Below are positions 1-11,164 of a stretch of 64,000 nucleotides of DNA, one piece after another; the first letter of the stretch is position 1, and each line of letters begins with the position of its first letter. The position numbers and the translations under genes were made by a program. The stretch covers positions 40,000 through 103,999 of IMG/VR virus record IMGVR_UViG_3300042907_001527; one strand, written 5' to 3'. The stretch comes from a virus. The notes beneath the pieces are model-generated. The model was not told the DNA's origin. It was given only the letters and a program-made list of their open reading frames with translations, and did not search any database.

Positions 1-3000
1 TCCATTACATTATTAGGTAAAATAACCGACCAAGTTTGGATAGACGATGTATTAGTTGTCCCACCAAGAAGATTTGAAACTGAGGAACTTGGATTAATAT
101 TTGATTCAGGAAAATTATAAACTTTCATACCACCATTAATACTTGTTTGTATTTCAGAATCGGTATATCCACTATATAAATCATAACTATTATAAAAAAC
201 ATTAAAGTCGTTAATTACCTTTGGGTAAAACCCAACTTGCATTTTTGATTCACTGTTTACTAATGATATGTTTTTTACTCCATCAAATTCAAATTTATAT
301 GTTTTAGTGTCTGAACTGGTTATTGGGTCAAAATTAATTTTAGGGTCAAAATTGTCCCAAGCGGTATCAATAAAATCAATTCCAGTTATTTTATATGTTT
401 TATAACGATACCATAAAGAACCCATTTTTAAAATCCAAGCATATGGCATTTTATGAATAGCGCCAAATTTTTTAAAACAAGACGCGATATAATCTAAGTC
501 ATTTGGTGAACCGTATGTTTTATATCGTTCTCTTAAAGACGCCAATGGCAATGAATTTATAAAAAGATATGCCGCTTGAATGTATGGGTATTTATCTTTT
601 TGTCTCCAACTATAAACACCATTTTGAATTGCGTTTATAAAGTACGGTGTGTTTAATATTGTGGTAGTCGTTTCGGTGGTTAAATTTGTTGCAGGTCTAA
701 AATGATTAACATAACCTTCTGTTGGTATAAAAATGTCAGGATTTTTTCTTGTGTCAAGAAATGTTTTTAAATTTGTTGCGTTAATCTCATTTATTGGATT
801 ACTAACATTTAAATATGAAAAATTTGTAACAGGTCTGTTAGTAGTATAATCATACACACTACTAAAATTTGAAATTACATTTCTGTCTTGGAAGACTTTT
901 AAACTTTCATTTGTTTTATAAACCTCAAAACCTTCTGATTTATCACTAAGACTCATATTATTTTTTACCCATGTTGAATTTGTAAACGGATAAGTGTCAA
1001 TAATCATTGGCGTGTTACTGGCATTTTTAACTAATTGTTCTAATAATTCTAATTTAATACTATTTTTTGGTGACTTACCTAATTCATTTATATTAATAAT
1101 ATTGAAAGAATTTTCGGTAATATTTTTAATATATGGGGTAACATATATATCCCTAATAAATTCTTGATATGACCTACCAGTTCCTTGATTTGATATGGTG
1201 TTCAAGAAACTTTCATATTTTTCTGCAGTTAAGTCATAATTTTTTAATTTTAAACTTAAAAATGGAGAACTAACACCTAAACTAGTTATAATATTATTTG
1301 TTTCAGAATTTGAAACTAAATCAATTAGTTGGTTTAGTTGATTTCCATTTGCCCTAATAAATCCAGAATAATTTGAGGTTAAGAACTGTCTTTCCCATAT
1401 TTCATAAAAAAATTTAATTTCTTCTTTATTAACATACGCGATACCATTTGATGGATATTCAATAGCATTAATATTGATAATATTTGTTGTTGACTGACTA
1501 TCAATATCGGATTGAGGACTTGGAGGATTAAATTTTTGAGTTAATCCTTTCATATATTCTTCAACAAATTGAACTTCGGGCCATTTTGAATAATTCCATC
1601 CTTGCGTTATATCAACAACAGAAGGGTCTGCAAGATATTTTAATTGGAATCTTCCTTTTTTATCTTCAGGAGTTTCAACAAAAAATTGCGGCCAAGGATA
1701 TACGGGTATTTGACTTGTTGATAATCCTTGATTTTCGTTTTTGGCTTCATTAGTCATTTTAAGATTATCTTGCGTATCACTACCTTGAACTGAAGAAGGG
1801 TTTTCTAAAATTGCAAGTTGTCTTACTGGGTCATATTTAACGTTCCACGCATTTGTATGTACTTCATCAAGTAATCTAATAAACGCCTCGGCGGACGCCA
1901 TAACAACCGCACAAATATTCCTAACGGTAGGACTGAACCCAATACCTAATTTTGTGTCCTCAATTTTTTTTGAAAAATCGGCAGTTAATTTTGTTTCATA
2001 TTCAGTAAGTTTTTGACTAACATCTACCTCAATCTGAGAAATTAAATTTTCAAATCTTGGTGGAGATGAAGTTGAAAGATTTTGTTCTTTAAAAATAAAT
2101 AATGGTCTTATTATAGTATTAATTGGTATGAGTTCGGGTGAATTTTTTGGTACTTCGTTTTCTTGTCCTAATATCTTTTCCAAATACTCTTTAATAGTTT
2201 TGGTATCAGCGGTTGTTGGTAATAACTTACCTGTTTGTTCTATCGTTGTTTTTTCTAAATTAATATCAACAAGGGTAAGATTAATTAACATTGAGTCATA
2301 ATTAATCGCGTTTTTAATCGGCGATTTACCTGTTTTACCTAATGTTTGATTAGATTCCAATAATTTATTATATTCAATTGTATAACCACTTAAAAGTATT
2401 TTGGCTTTTTGTTCTTTTACCGGGTCTTCTAATATTTCTTCCTTTAAAGCGTAAACCAAAGTTTTATTATTTAAAACTATTGGTTTTGGATTTATATAAG
2501 TATTATACCAAGAAGTGGTCGCCCCATAAATTTCATTATAATAATTTTTTAAAGTTTCTTTATATGCTCTAATATCGGTTAATGGTTGAACATCTACTTT
2601 ATTGTAAGTATTAATAATGTTTTTTTCAAAATTTGTTAAACTAGTCATCAATTCCGCAAATGTTAATTCCGGAAAATCAGGAGCAATTAATCCTTTTGCT
2701 TTATATTCACTATAAACTTCTCTAATTTTTTGATATCCTTTTTCACTAACAATTTGAGTCACGACATTATCTGTATTATTAGGAGATGAGTTGGAAATAT
2801 CAAATCTAGTACTGTACATGTGTGGGGTCGCCAATAAACTACCCATAGATATTTCGTTTAAAATATTAAACTTATATCCAACAAATTCTAAATTTATTTG
2901 ATAATTCCCGCTAAAAGAATTAAATCTGGCATTAAATGTTTTTAAATTTAATTGGTATCTAATTGCCTTACCATAAAACCCTTTAAGGGTTAAATAAAAA

Positions 3001-3581
3001 GGGCAATAAGGTAAATTAAAAAACGCGGCATAAGGTGAATTATCTCCTAACTGAAACAGAGCTCTTCCTTGTATATCTTCTAATTCAATTGATACTGTTG
3101 GAACAAAAGAAGTATTTGTTGTTACCCTAATACTTGTAATACCTAATAGTCCGTTATCTGTTGACGTATTACCAGGGTTATTGATAACAGCGGTTTGGTA
3201 TGGTTTAGTTCCGTCATTTGGGGTTATAGTTTTTTCTCTTATTTGATTTTCTCCTGACCCAGTACTTGAATTTTTACCAGTTAACTCATCATAATAACTA
3301 GAAGTAAGTGATGTTCCTTTTGTTGGTTTTAAAAAATTAATCTTTGCAACAGAAATAGTTCTAATCCTATCTTCGGGACTTCCCCCAATTGATAGTTTGG
3401 TTCTTGGCACAACTTCGGCTTCAAGGTTGGCAAACATAACCAATTTTTCATGGTCAACTAATCTTTCCTTAATATTACCAAACGCATCAATAGTTTTATT
3501 TGGGTCGACAACAATAATATTATTATATTCAAATTCTGTGTATATATTTCCGCTATTGTCCCCTGGTGTATTACCTGCCAT
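1..3581 (-). CDS. Large virion/baseplate protein (probable hub-like subunit), >1190 aa, runs off the left edge
   Basis: Absent from the ORF track because there is no stop in the window. Manual translation from ATG 3581 gives MAGNTPGDNSGNIYTEFEYNNIIVVDPNK...GLLGITSIRVTTNTSFVPTVSIELEDIQGRALF. The same frame is open at positions 3-45 (interior not checked codon by codon). It overlaps the upstream tail gene by 11 nt. Confidence 0.75.
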   Translation of the reverse strand, partial: MAGNTPGDNSGNIYTEFEYNNIIVVDPNKTIDAFGNIKERLVDHEKLVMFANLEAEVVPRTKLSIGGSPEDRIRTISVAKINFLKPTKGTSLTSSYYDELTGKNSSTGSGENQIREKTITPNDGTKPYQTAVINNPGNTSTDNGLLGITSIRVTTNTSFVPTVSIELEDIQGRALFQLGDNSPYAAFFNLPYCPFYLTLKGFYGKAIRYQLNLKTFNARFNSFSGNYQINLEFVGYKFNILNEISMGSLLATPHMYSTRFDISNSSPNNTDNVVTQIVSEKGYQKIREVYSEYKAKGLIAPDFPELTFAELMTSLTNFEKNIINTYNKVDVQPLTDIRAYKETLKNYYNEIYGATTSWYNTYINPKPIVLNNKTLVYALKEEILEDPVKEQKAKILLSGYTIEYNKLLESNQTLGKTGKSPIKNAINYDSMLINLTLVDINLEKTTIEQTGKLLPTTADTKTIKEYLEKILGQENEVPKNSPELIPINTIIRPLFIFKEQNLSTSSPPRFENLISQIEVDVSQKLTEYETKLTADFSKKIEDTKLGIGFSPTVRNICAVVMASAEAFIRLLDEVHTNAWNVKYDPVRQLAILENPSSVQGSDTQDNLKMTNEAKNENQGLSTSQIPVYPWPQFFVETPEDKKGRFQLKYLADPSVVDITQGWNYSKWPEVQFVEEYMKGLTQKFNPPSPQSDIDSQSTTNIININAIEYPSNGIAYVNKEEIKFFYEIWERQFLTSNYSGFIRANGNQLNQLIDLVSNSETNNIITSLGVSSPFLSLKLKNYDLTAEKYESFLNTISNQGTGRSYQEFIRDIYVTPYIKNITENSFNIININELGKSPKNSIKLELLEQLVKNASNTPMIIDTYPFTNSTWVKNNMSLSDKSEGFEVYKTNESLKVFQDRNVISNFSSVYDYTTNRPVTNFSYLNVSNPINEINATNLKTFLDTRKNPDIFIPTEGYVNHFRPATNLTTETTTTILNTPYFINAIQNGVYSWRQKDKYPYIQAAYLFINSLPLASLRERYKTYGSPNDLDYIASCFKKFGAIHKMPYAWILKMGSLWYRYKTYKITGIDFIDTAWDNFDPKINFDPITSSDTKTYKFEFDGVKNISLVNSESKMQVGFYPKVINDFNVFYNSYDLYSGYTDSEIQTSINGGMKVYNFPESNINPSSSVSNLLGGTTNTSSIQTWSVILPNNVM

Positions 3582-3894
3582 AATAATAAAAATAATTGTC
3601 TAAAGCTGATTTATAATCTTGTAATGAAGGTAGTAGAGGATAAGGAATAATCAATACCGCACCATCATATATATTGTTTTCTAATCCACCAAATTGTGGA
3701 TTTGCTTGTAATATTAACCAACCAAAATATGGTGAGTTATAATATTCTTGAGAAATAACATCTAATCTACTTCTAGCCACCTTATATATGTAAGCGTTAT
3801 CCGTAGGTTTTTGTGGTATTTTTACAAAAGGCACAGTAGTTTGTTCTCCATTTATAAGAAAATCACTATATCTATTCCAATATTGATAAGCCAT
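3571..3894 (-). CDS. LysM-like baseplate protein (P2 gpX / T4 gp53-like)
   Basis: Motif RLDVISQEYYNSPYFGWLILQANP...LIIP, located after the tube-initiator gene. Confidence 0.75.
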   Translation of the reverse strand: MAYQYWNRYSDFLINGEQTTVPFVKIPQKPTDNAYIYKVARSRLDVISQEYYNSPYFGWLILQANPQFGGLENNIYDGAVLIIPYPLLPSLQDYKSALDNYFYYYGR

Positions 3895-6800
3895 TAATTA
3901 AAGTTTACTTTTGATATGAATAACGACGCACCATCAACGTCGTTCCATGTTTTATTATTTGTATTTTGGTTTTGTGTTGCCCCTAATGATTTTATTAGTT
4001 TAACTTGCCCATCACTTCCGGCACCTTCCGTTGTATAAGTAAAAATTCTTTTTTTACTTGGGAACGGTGTATATTTTAAAAAGGGTTCTAATTTTTCTTT
4101 TTCCATGTATGAAATAAACGCTTCAGTTATTTTATTTTCTTCAATAAATAACGGTTTTGCTATTTTATCCCAATAAGCATCAAAAACTTCACTTAAATTA
4201 TCCGCACCGTTTCCAATAATTCCAGTGTTACCAAGTATATTACCAATCATTGCAGTTTTAAAAGTTTCATATTTTTTTGCGTCAACAACATCATCAGAAA
4301 TAATCATGTAAACCATTTTAAATGTTGTATTTTGAAATGTTGAAGTAGGACTTAAATTAATGTATGATTGATTTGTACTAAAAGGTACAAAAACTTTTTC
4401 GTTTCCAGGAAATTTATAAGGAGTATCTACCGGAAAAACTAAAGTACCTTTATAATTTATACCTGAAAATTGAAAATTAGTTTCATTGGAAACTATACCA
4501 TTAAATTCTTTAATATTGTCACTAATTTTTGTGACATCAATTAAAAACTCCGATAATGTATCAGTTGAACCTTGTGAACTTGAATTAACCTCAGTTGTTG
4601 GAAACAATATAAACGACCTAACATTACCATTTTTTTGTTGTGAGCCGTCAGTTCCTGAAGGGTCAGTAATAGTAGACTTATAAAGGACTGTATTTGCTCT
4701 GGCCAAATATCCAATATAATTTTGTTGAACTCCAACAGTAGTCTGAATAATAGTCGTTAACGCGTTTTGATATGACCCCTTTTTAGTATTAACAACATTA
4801 ACATAATTTTCTTTAACTTGTTTAACTAATCTTGATGAGAAATTTTTAGAAGGGTTGCTTATAAATTGGATGAATGGGTCGTTGTCTGATGTAATTTCCT
4901 TAATCAAATCTGAGAATATTTCATCAATTCTTTTACCAAAATTATATGGTTTACCAAATAAATCAACTTTTTTCTCCGTATATATGCCGTCCCCAACTCC
5001 AACAGTCATATCACCTTTAGTATAATTTCTTTCTAACATCCATTGTTGTCGTAGTGCATTATTATATTGAGTTGTCACTTCTTTATTTTTACTAACAACA
5101 GTATTAAAATAGTTTTGAGTTTCACCCACAAGCTTATCCATAAATGTTTCATAACTAATGCTACCCGTTTGTCCCGATTCACTAATATTATTTGTTATAA
5201 TAGTACCAATAGTTGATTCATTACTTAATGCGTCATTAGGTTTAGCGTCATTAATTGTTGGTGGTGGAACGTTACTTAAAGCTGACGATTGTATAAAGTC
5301 TTTGTCAATGACTTTATAACTTAAATCTGTTGAATCCGCTCTATCATCATAAATTTCAGTGTTCGCATAATAATTAAACGTTAAAGCATTTTGTAGTTTA
5401 TCTACGGATTCTTTTAATCCGCTACCACCAACAAAATTAAATGCCATTGTTACTTTTGCAATCATAGGCTGAATACCAATACCTTCAGGATTAATGTCTA
5501 AATTTTCATATGCAAGACTTAAACTTGTTGGTATAATCTTAGTATTATAAAAATCACCAACCCTTAATACTAGTACTGGTGGCGCCCCAAAAGCAGTATT
5601 GGTTGCATTATTATATTCTAAGATTGGTTTACCCCCTGAGTCATCACCTTTAACTACGGGTATTGTATCACCAGGTCTCATACATTGTTGTAAAAAAGTT
5701 AACCTTGTATTAAGACCTTCAGGTGTTGTTGAATGAAATGCCGGTTGAAAAAATTTTAATTTATCTTTAAGATTGTCATAAACCATAGGAGTTTCTTCTT
5801 TCATAACTTCAAAATAATCACATTCAGATAGTAATGCTCTTAACACTCTTTTACTAATATTATCTTTTTGAACTGGAACATTTTCCACACTATTAACCTT
5901 TTCTGTTGTTGTTACAACATTACCGGTAACAACTGTTTTTGTTTCTTTTGGATTCTCAACAATTATTGGAGGAGCAGGTGGTGGAGCGGTTAGAGTTGAA
6001 CTTATATCAGCAATAAATGCTCTCCTACAAGCCATGGCATTTGATGTATAAACCGCGGTTGATGACATTGTGTCTCCACCCGCCGCATTTAGATTTGTAT
6101 CGGTACAATTTACAGAATTTCCAGGTGAAAATGGTAAAGTGTATGGTGCAACGTTGGTACTTGAAACCATTGGGGTTGAGCTTGTCACTTCTCCACTTGC
6201 GGTTCCAGCGACCACCATTAATCTTTTTTGTGCAACATAATCTTTTGTTGCAGAATTTTGTTCAAAAAATTTAATAACCGAATTAATTCTTCTAACCGAT
6301 AACTCAGCATTATAACCAACAGTTGCAGGAGCGGAACAACTTGAATTAATTCTAATTGTTACTGTACCAGCCTCACTATTTTTAATTTGTTCTGCAACAT
6401 CAATTGCCATTTGTTTAGCAATTTCATAGTTTGGTGTTACCATTGTGTCATAGGTTTGAACCAATTGAGTTCCATTTGTTTTTCCAGCATATGTTGTTTT
6501 TTGCCCAATATATACATCATACATTTCTGGATAACTTGGACTAGTTGAAGGTTTTGGATAATCATTTGCAAAATAAAACCCGATTTGATTATATTTGCTC
6601 ATAAAATATTCGGTATTACCAATAATTGGAGTACTAGCACTAGCCCCACCACCATTACTACTAGCAATTGGACTATTAACAGTAATTGTACTAACAACAT
6701 ATTCCATCTGTTCTTTTGTGATTTCTTTAGATGTAATTGCTTGTTGCATTTGTTCTAAATCATTTGGATTTATTGTTGCATATTTTTTAGCCAATTCATA

Positions 6801-8975
6801 TAAATCGTATTTTCTACATCCAGCAAAGAATGAATCCAAAATACTATCAATTCTTGTTTTGTTGGTTTCGTTGGCCATAACTTTATTAACAATAATGTTT
6901 AACACAGATGGGTGGTCAACAACAATATCCCAAGTTAAACTACCGGTTCTACTTGTATTTTTGTAAGTATAAATTGGTTCAGGTCTTCCAATAAAATCAT
7001 TTGATTGCCAACTTGCTTGGACTGACTCACTAAATACTAAATTATACGGTGGAAACCACATAACTCTACCTCCATTAGGTCCTCGTTCACATACCGCTAA
7101 ATCAGAAACCGCAAGACCTGGACTGTTTGATGTTGCCCACGCCAAGTTCTCTAATGAAAACATATATTTTTTAGCATAAGCATTATTTAATGAACCAATA
7201 ATATTTGTTGAGTCTTTACCACCTTCTTGTTTGTTAGGTGCAATGTTAAGATTATATGTCTTATCTAACACAGAATAAGAAAATCGTCTTCCTTCAGTTG
7301 TAATACCGTCTGTTTTTTGAAGGTCATTATACTGAAGGTATGGAGTATCTTTTGTAAATACTCTACAATATTCAGTTCCAACTTCTTGTCCAATTGCTCC
7401 AACATATGATAAAACTCTTGAACCTTTAGTCATTTCTTTATATCCATCATTGAATACTTTACTAACTTGGTCAATCGCATTACCAGCATGTTGTAATCTT
7501 TTACCACCTTGTGGTTGGCTATCAATAATTCTTTGTGTCTTATCAAGTATAGAACCTTCTTTAAAAGTTCTTTCAGTTGATTCAGTTGAATTATAAGATG
7601 ATGGTTTAAAATCAGAATCTTGATTTGTTACTTTTCCACCAACACCAACATGTTTACCCGCATTACCTTTATATTTTGGTGACACCCAAGTAAATCCACC
7701 TTCAATACCTCCTCCATTACTATATGTTGGTCCGTTAGCCCCTAAACGAATTTCATTACTTGGACCTTCATACAATTGAGCCAACTCAGATGGGCCATAA
7801 ACAGGGTCTTGTTGTTCATTACCAAATGCGTCATTTGGTAATGACCCTGATGGTGAGAATACTCTTGATGGGTCTGAAGATGTACTTCCAACATAAAAAT
7901 TTGAAGTATTTGTACTAGTTCCAACGAGTGCACCAGCTAAAGTGTCTAATAAACTCTTATCATAATTTGGTTTAAACTTATTAAAATTAAGGTTTTTCCA
8001 TAAAATAGATTTTTGACCTGCACCTGTATTGTTATAAAATATTTGAGTTCCTGTTTTAGTTGGCCCCAATAAGTTACTAATAAAATTACCTACAGCCGCA
8101 ATTGGATTTGCTAATAAAGATTGTGCTATTGTTGTTGGTTGCGGTGGATTTATACTAGTGTCAAAATAAGAGCCCGGTATTATTGAAAATGGTGCGGTAA
8201 CTCCACCAAGACTAACGGCAAAATTTGCAGCAACGGCTAATGGATTTGACGATACTGTAATGGTATAGTTTGGTTCTATTAAGGGTATTTGACCACTTAA
8301 GATATTAACAAGGTTACTACCACTATTAATATTTAATATATTTGCACGTCCAAGAGTTTGTCTTAATAGTTCTCGACCAATACGGTCTTCAAATTCTTTT
8401 TTTAAAGTTTTTGCTCCTAATCTAGCAATAAATGAGTCATCACTCAATAAACCATTACTACCTATTGGGTCATTATCTAATAAAATTGAGAGTGGTCGAT
8501 AGGACGAAGGAACAAATTTAAAATAAGGTTGTCCATTTGATTGTTTTTGGTCAGGTAAAAAAGTGTTTAAAGTTGTTATTGCCTCTCCAGCGTCAAAATT
8601 ATTATTACTTGAGTACCCATTTAACGGTCTCCATATTTGAGTTGCCGCAAATCCAGAATCAACAATATGAGCATCTTGTTGTCCTGGCCCATATTCTCCT
8701 TGATTTGAAAGAGTATTTAAATTTCCACTAACATCGGGAGCTTGGTGATATCCTCCTTCAGCTCCCCACTTGTTAAGTGGGTAACTTGAATTAGCAAAGT
8801 ATGGGGTATCAATTAAATAATCAGGACTATCAACAACAGAATAATTTGATTGAATAACCTCAAAATTAATAGGTGGGGTGGCAGGACTAGGTGATTTAGC
8901 GTATGGAGCTAAATTTCTAGGAATTAATTTTTGTCTAAATCCTTCACTATTTACAAAATCTAACGGGCTACCCAT
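3894..8975 (-). CDS. Large baseplate/tail-tube-initiator protein with an internal OmpA-like domain
   Basis: Split gpU/CIS-tube-like motifs (ASWQSNDFIGRPEPIYTYKNTSRTGSLTW and PPVLVLRVGDF...PMIAKVTMAF) flank YNAELSVRRINSV. ATG 8975 is preferred over TTG 8978. Confidence 0.7.
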   Translation of the reverse strand: MGSPLDFVNSEGFRQKLIPRNLAPYAKSPSPATPPINFEVIQSNYSVVDSPDYLIDTPYFANSSYPLNKWGAEGGYHQAPDVSGNLNTLSNQGEYGPGQQDAHIVDSGFAATQIWRPLNGYSSNNNFDAGEAITTLNTFLPDQKQSNGQPYFKFVPSSYRPLSILLDNDPIGSNGLLSDDSFIARLGAKTLKKEFEDRIGRELLRQTLGRANILNINSGSNLVNILSGQIPLIEPNYTITVSSNPLAVAANFAVSLGGVTAPFSIIPGSYFDTSINPPQPTTIAQSLLANPIAAVGNFISNLLGPTKTGTQIFYNNTGAGQKSILWKNLNFNKFKPNYDKSLLDTLAGALVGTSTNTSNFYVGSTSSDPSRVFSPSGSLPNDAFGNEQQDPVYGPSELAQLYEGPSNEIRLGANGPTYSNGGGIEGGFTWVSPKYKGNAGKHVGVGGKVTNQDSDFKPSSYNSTESTERTFKEGSILDKTQRIIDSQPQGGKRLQHAGNAIDQVSKVFNDGYKEMTKGSRVLSYVGAIGQEVGTEYCRVFTKDTPYLQYNDLQKTDGITTEGRRFSYSVLDKTYNLNIAPNKQEGGKDSTNIIGSLNNAYAKKYMFSLENLAWATSNSPGLAVSDLAVCERGPNGGRVMWFPPYNLVFSESVQASWQSNDFIGRPEPIYTYKNTSRTGSLTWDIVVDHPSVLNIIVNKVMANETNKTRIDSILDSFFAGCRKYDLYELAKKYATINPNDLEQMQQAITSKEITKEQMEYVVSTITVNSPIASSNGGGASASTPIIGNTEYFMSKYNQIGFYFANDYPKPSTSPSYPEMYDVYIGQKTTYAGKTNGTQLVQTYDTMVTPNYEIAKQMAIDVAEQIKNSEAGTVTIRINSSCSAPATVGYNAELSVRRINSVIKFFEQNSATKDYVAQKRLMVVAGTASGEVTSSTPMVSSTNVAPYTLPFSPGNSVNCTDTNLNAAGGDTMSSTAVYTSNAMACRRAFIADISSTLTAPPPAPPIIVENPKETKTVVTGNVVTTTEKVNSVENVPVQKDNISKRVLRALLSECDYFEVMKEETPMVYDNLKDKLKFFQPAFHSTTPEGLNTRLTFLQQCMRPGDTIPVVKGDDSGGKPILEYNNATNTAFGAPPVLVLRVGDFYNTKIIPTSLSLAYENLDINPEGIGIQPMIAKVTMAFNFVGGSGLKESVDKLQNALTFNYYANTEIYDDRADSTDLSYKVIDKDFIQSSALSNVPPPTINDAKPNDALSNESTIGTIITNNISESGQTGSISYETFMDKLVGETQNYFNTVVSKNKEVTTQYNNALRQQWMLERNYTKGDMTVGVGDGIYTEKKVDLFGKPYNFGKRIDEIFSDLIKEITSDNDPFIQFISNPSKNFSSRLVKQVKENYVNVVNTKKGSYQNALTTIIQTTVGVQQNYIGYLARANTVLYKSTITDPSGTDGSQQKNGNVRSFILFPTTEVNSSSQGSTDTLSEFLIDVTKISDNIKEFNGIVSNETNFQFSGINYKGTLVFPVDTPYKFPGNEKVFVPFSTNQSYINLSPTSTFQNTTFKMVYMIISDDVVDAKKYETFKTAMIGNILGNTGIIGNGADNLSEVFDAYWDKIAKPLFIEENKITEAFISYMEKEKLEPFLKYTPFPSKKRIFTYTTEGAGSDGQVKLIKSLGATQNQNTNNKTWNDVDGASLFISKVNFN

Positions 8976-8990
8976 CAATATCTTTATTAT

Positions 8991-8997
8991 ATAAATA
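8991..8997 (-). promoter_or_regulatory. Putative late promoter TATTTAT
   Basis: Recurrent motif, 15 nt upstream of ATG 8975. Confidence 0.55.
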
Positions 8998-9039
8998 GGT
9001 TAGTTTGTATTTTTTAATTGTTAATTAAATGTTTTCTCG

Positions 9040-10908
9040 TTAGTATGATAAAACTCCAGACCCTTTATTTTCCGAAGAATTTTGTTTTGTAAGGTTAACA
9101 ACATATTGTTTAAATTTATCGTTATTGAATATATCATTTAATTGTTGTTGAGTTAAAGTTGTTCCTGGTGGTGTTTGAATTGTGATTTTAAATTCTCCAA
9201 AATCAACTTTACTATTGGTATTTAAATTTTGACTACTTGAACCTTTATTATTTAAATTTTCTTGAATTTGTTTTGTTTTTGTTTTATTTCCGATTACAGA
9301 TGAAAGCCCTAATGTTTTATCTTCTTCTGTTGTTGTTGTAGGTTGTTTTGGTTTACTTAGTGGAGTCCCTGTCGCGGTTAAAATCTCAGAAGCAAACTTT
9401 TTAAATTCTTTTTCAATACCACTGCTACCTGTTACTTTTTTATTTGCGTCAGAAAGAATATTTTTAAATGCCTCTATTCCTTTTTCACCTAAACTATTTG
9501 CATCATTTACTATAGTACTTTGGAGGGTTTCTAATTGTTTTATAAATTGAGCATCAGTTAGTTTACCTGCGTCTTTTGCAACAAATAATCCACTCATTTT
9601 ATCTACCGCAACATTAATTTTTTCAGTTATTTCCGCACTTTCAGGAACATTTTTATCAACAGAATTTGTAAGGGCATTTGTTATTCTTTCCGCTCCAACA
9701 ATATTACCTCGTATAACGGAGGTACCGGCAACACCATAAGTGCCTTTGGCGACACTTCCTTCAATTGCTTTCTGAATATTTATTAATACATCCAACTGAC
9801 TTATTTGAATTTCTTCTAAGGTCTTAGGTTTTTCATCTTGTTGTTTTCTTAAAGCTTTAAGTTCTTCATTTGTAATTTCACTTAACTTAATTTTATCAAC
9901 TTCCCCCGTCTTATCATTTTTAAGTTGTACAATGTATTCTCCACCCTCTCCCATTGTTGCCATATTTGCCAACAATTCTTTATCTTCAGGTTTGTCAAAA
10001 TTTAAAGCTGGATTAATGAACGAAAGTCTTTTATCTAAATCTACCGCAGCTAAAGCACTTTTTGTTAAATTATCATAAGAAAGTCCAGTTTCTGCCGCCA
10101 TTTCCCTTAAAGTTAACATTCCTTGTGGGTTTATTTTAAATGATTTTGTTTTTTCATCAAATTGAACAAACTGTTTTGTTGCCTTAATTAAACTATCTTG
10201 TAATGCTCCTGGGTCATTGATTGCGTCATTCATTAATGCAAATGGGTCACCTAATTGGCCAACAGCAAGACCTAATCTTTGTAAAGCCGCGGCGGTCTTA
10301 ATTGCTCCTTCAGGGTTCATTACTGATTCCGCAAACTTAAAGGTATCTGACATATCAAACCGTAACATTGACGCTTGTGCCGCCATTTTAGCCAACCCAA
10401 CAACACCATCAGCAAAATTGTATTCATTCATTTTTTTCATGTTAGTATTAACATCGCCCATAACATCTTTCGCATTTAAACCAAGACTTTGAATATATTG
10501 AATAGAACCTTCTAAATTAACACCAATTTGAGAAGTTTCATACCCAACTTCCGCAAAATTATTAACTAAAGTTTCTGAACTAGTTCCTAATACACTAGAG
10601 GCCGCATATAATTTTTTAACTTGTTCTTCAGTCGCAATAACATTTCGTCTTGACCCTGCAGCAATATTTTGCATAGTTGTACCAACATCAGTTATTGAAC
10701 CACCTAAACGAATAACTCCTGCTGCCGATTTTGAAACGGCATCGGCCATTTCATCCATTCTGGTTCTACCTTCTAAAAATGCGTGATTAAGAATATCGGC
10801 CTCATCATACATGCTGCCTATAGCATCAATAATTTTGTCAATTGGAGAACCTAAACTTTCAATAGTGTCTTTAAGGTCTTTTAGATTACCTCTCTTATCT
10901 CCTGCCAT
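9040..10908 (-). CDS. Tail tape measure protein
   Basis: Ala/Gly/Met-rich helical protein directly downstream of tube and chaperone genes. Confidence 0.75.
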   Translation of the reverse strand: MAGDKRGNLKDLKDTIESLGSPIDKIIDAIGSMYDEADILNHAFLEGRTRMDEMADAVSKSAAGVIRLGGSITDVGTTMQNIAAGSRRNVIATEEQVKKLYAASSVLGTSSETLVNNFAEVGYETSQIGVNLEGSIQYIQSLGLNAKDVMGDVNTNMKKMNEYNFADGVVGLAKMAAQASMLRFDMSDTFKFAESVMNPEGAIKTAAALQRLGLAVGQLGDPFALMNDAINDPGALQDSLIKATKQFVQFDEKTKSFKINPQGMLTLREMAAETGLSYDNLTKSALAAVDLDKRLSFINPALNFDKPEDKELLANMATMGEGGEYIVQLKNDKTGEVDKIKLSEITNEELKALRKQQDEKPKTLEEIQISQLDVLINIQKAIEGSVAKGTYGVAGTSVIRGNIVGAERITNALTNSVDKNVPESAEITEKINVAVDKMSGLFVAKDAGKLTDAQFIKQLETLQSTIVNDANSLGEKGIEAFKNILSDANKKVTGSSGIEKEFKKFASEILTATGTPLSKPKQPTTTTEEDKTLGLSSVIGNKTKTKQIQENLNNKGSSSQNLNTNSKVDFGEFKITIQTPPGTTLTQQQLNDIFNNDKFKQYVVNLTKQNSSENKGSGVLSY

Positions 10909-11008
10909 CTATTTTTGTTATTATATTTTTTTTTAGTTTACGTGTGAACTGACAAACCAACAAAGATTGGTTTACTTCTTAAATATAAATAGATTAAAGA
11001 ATTTTTTT

Positions 11009-11164
11009 TTAAGTTTTTTGGTTATCTTCTATCCACTTATCTAATAAGTATTTTCTTACAAACAAGGGCATTCTTTCAAAATCTTGATAAGAAATCTTCA
11101 TTAGTGTTGTTAAATAATAAAATTCGTCGATTTGAACTTTTCTATAATCAGAAGAAAGGGAGAA
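11009..11164 (-). CDS. gp51-like / GT-type chaperone C-terminal extension, probably reached by frameshift
   Basis: Open +1 frame FSLSSDYRKVQIDEFYYLTTLMKISYQDFERMPLFVRKYLLDKWIEDNQKT* overlaps GAC TTT TTT C near the end of the chaperone gene. Confidence 0.6.
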   Translation of the reverse strand, partial: FSLSSDYRKVQIDEFYYLTTLMKISYQDFERMPLFVRKYLLDKWIEDNQKT

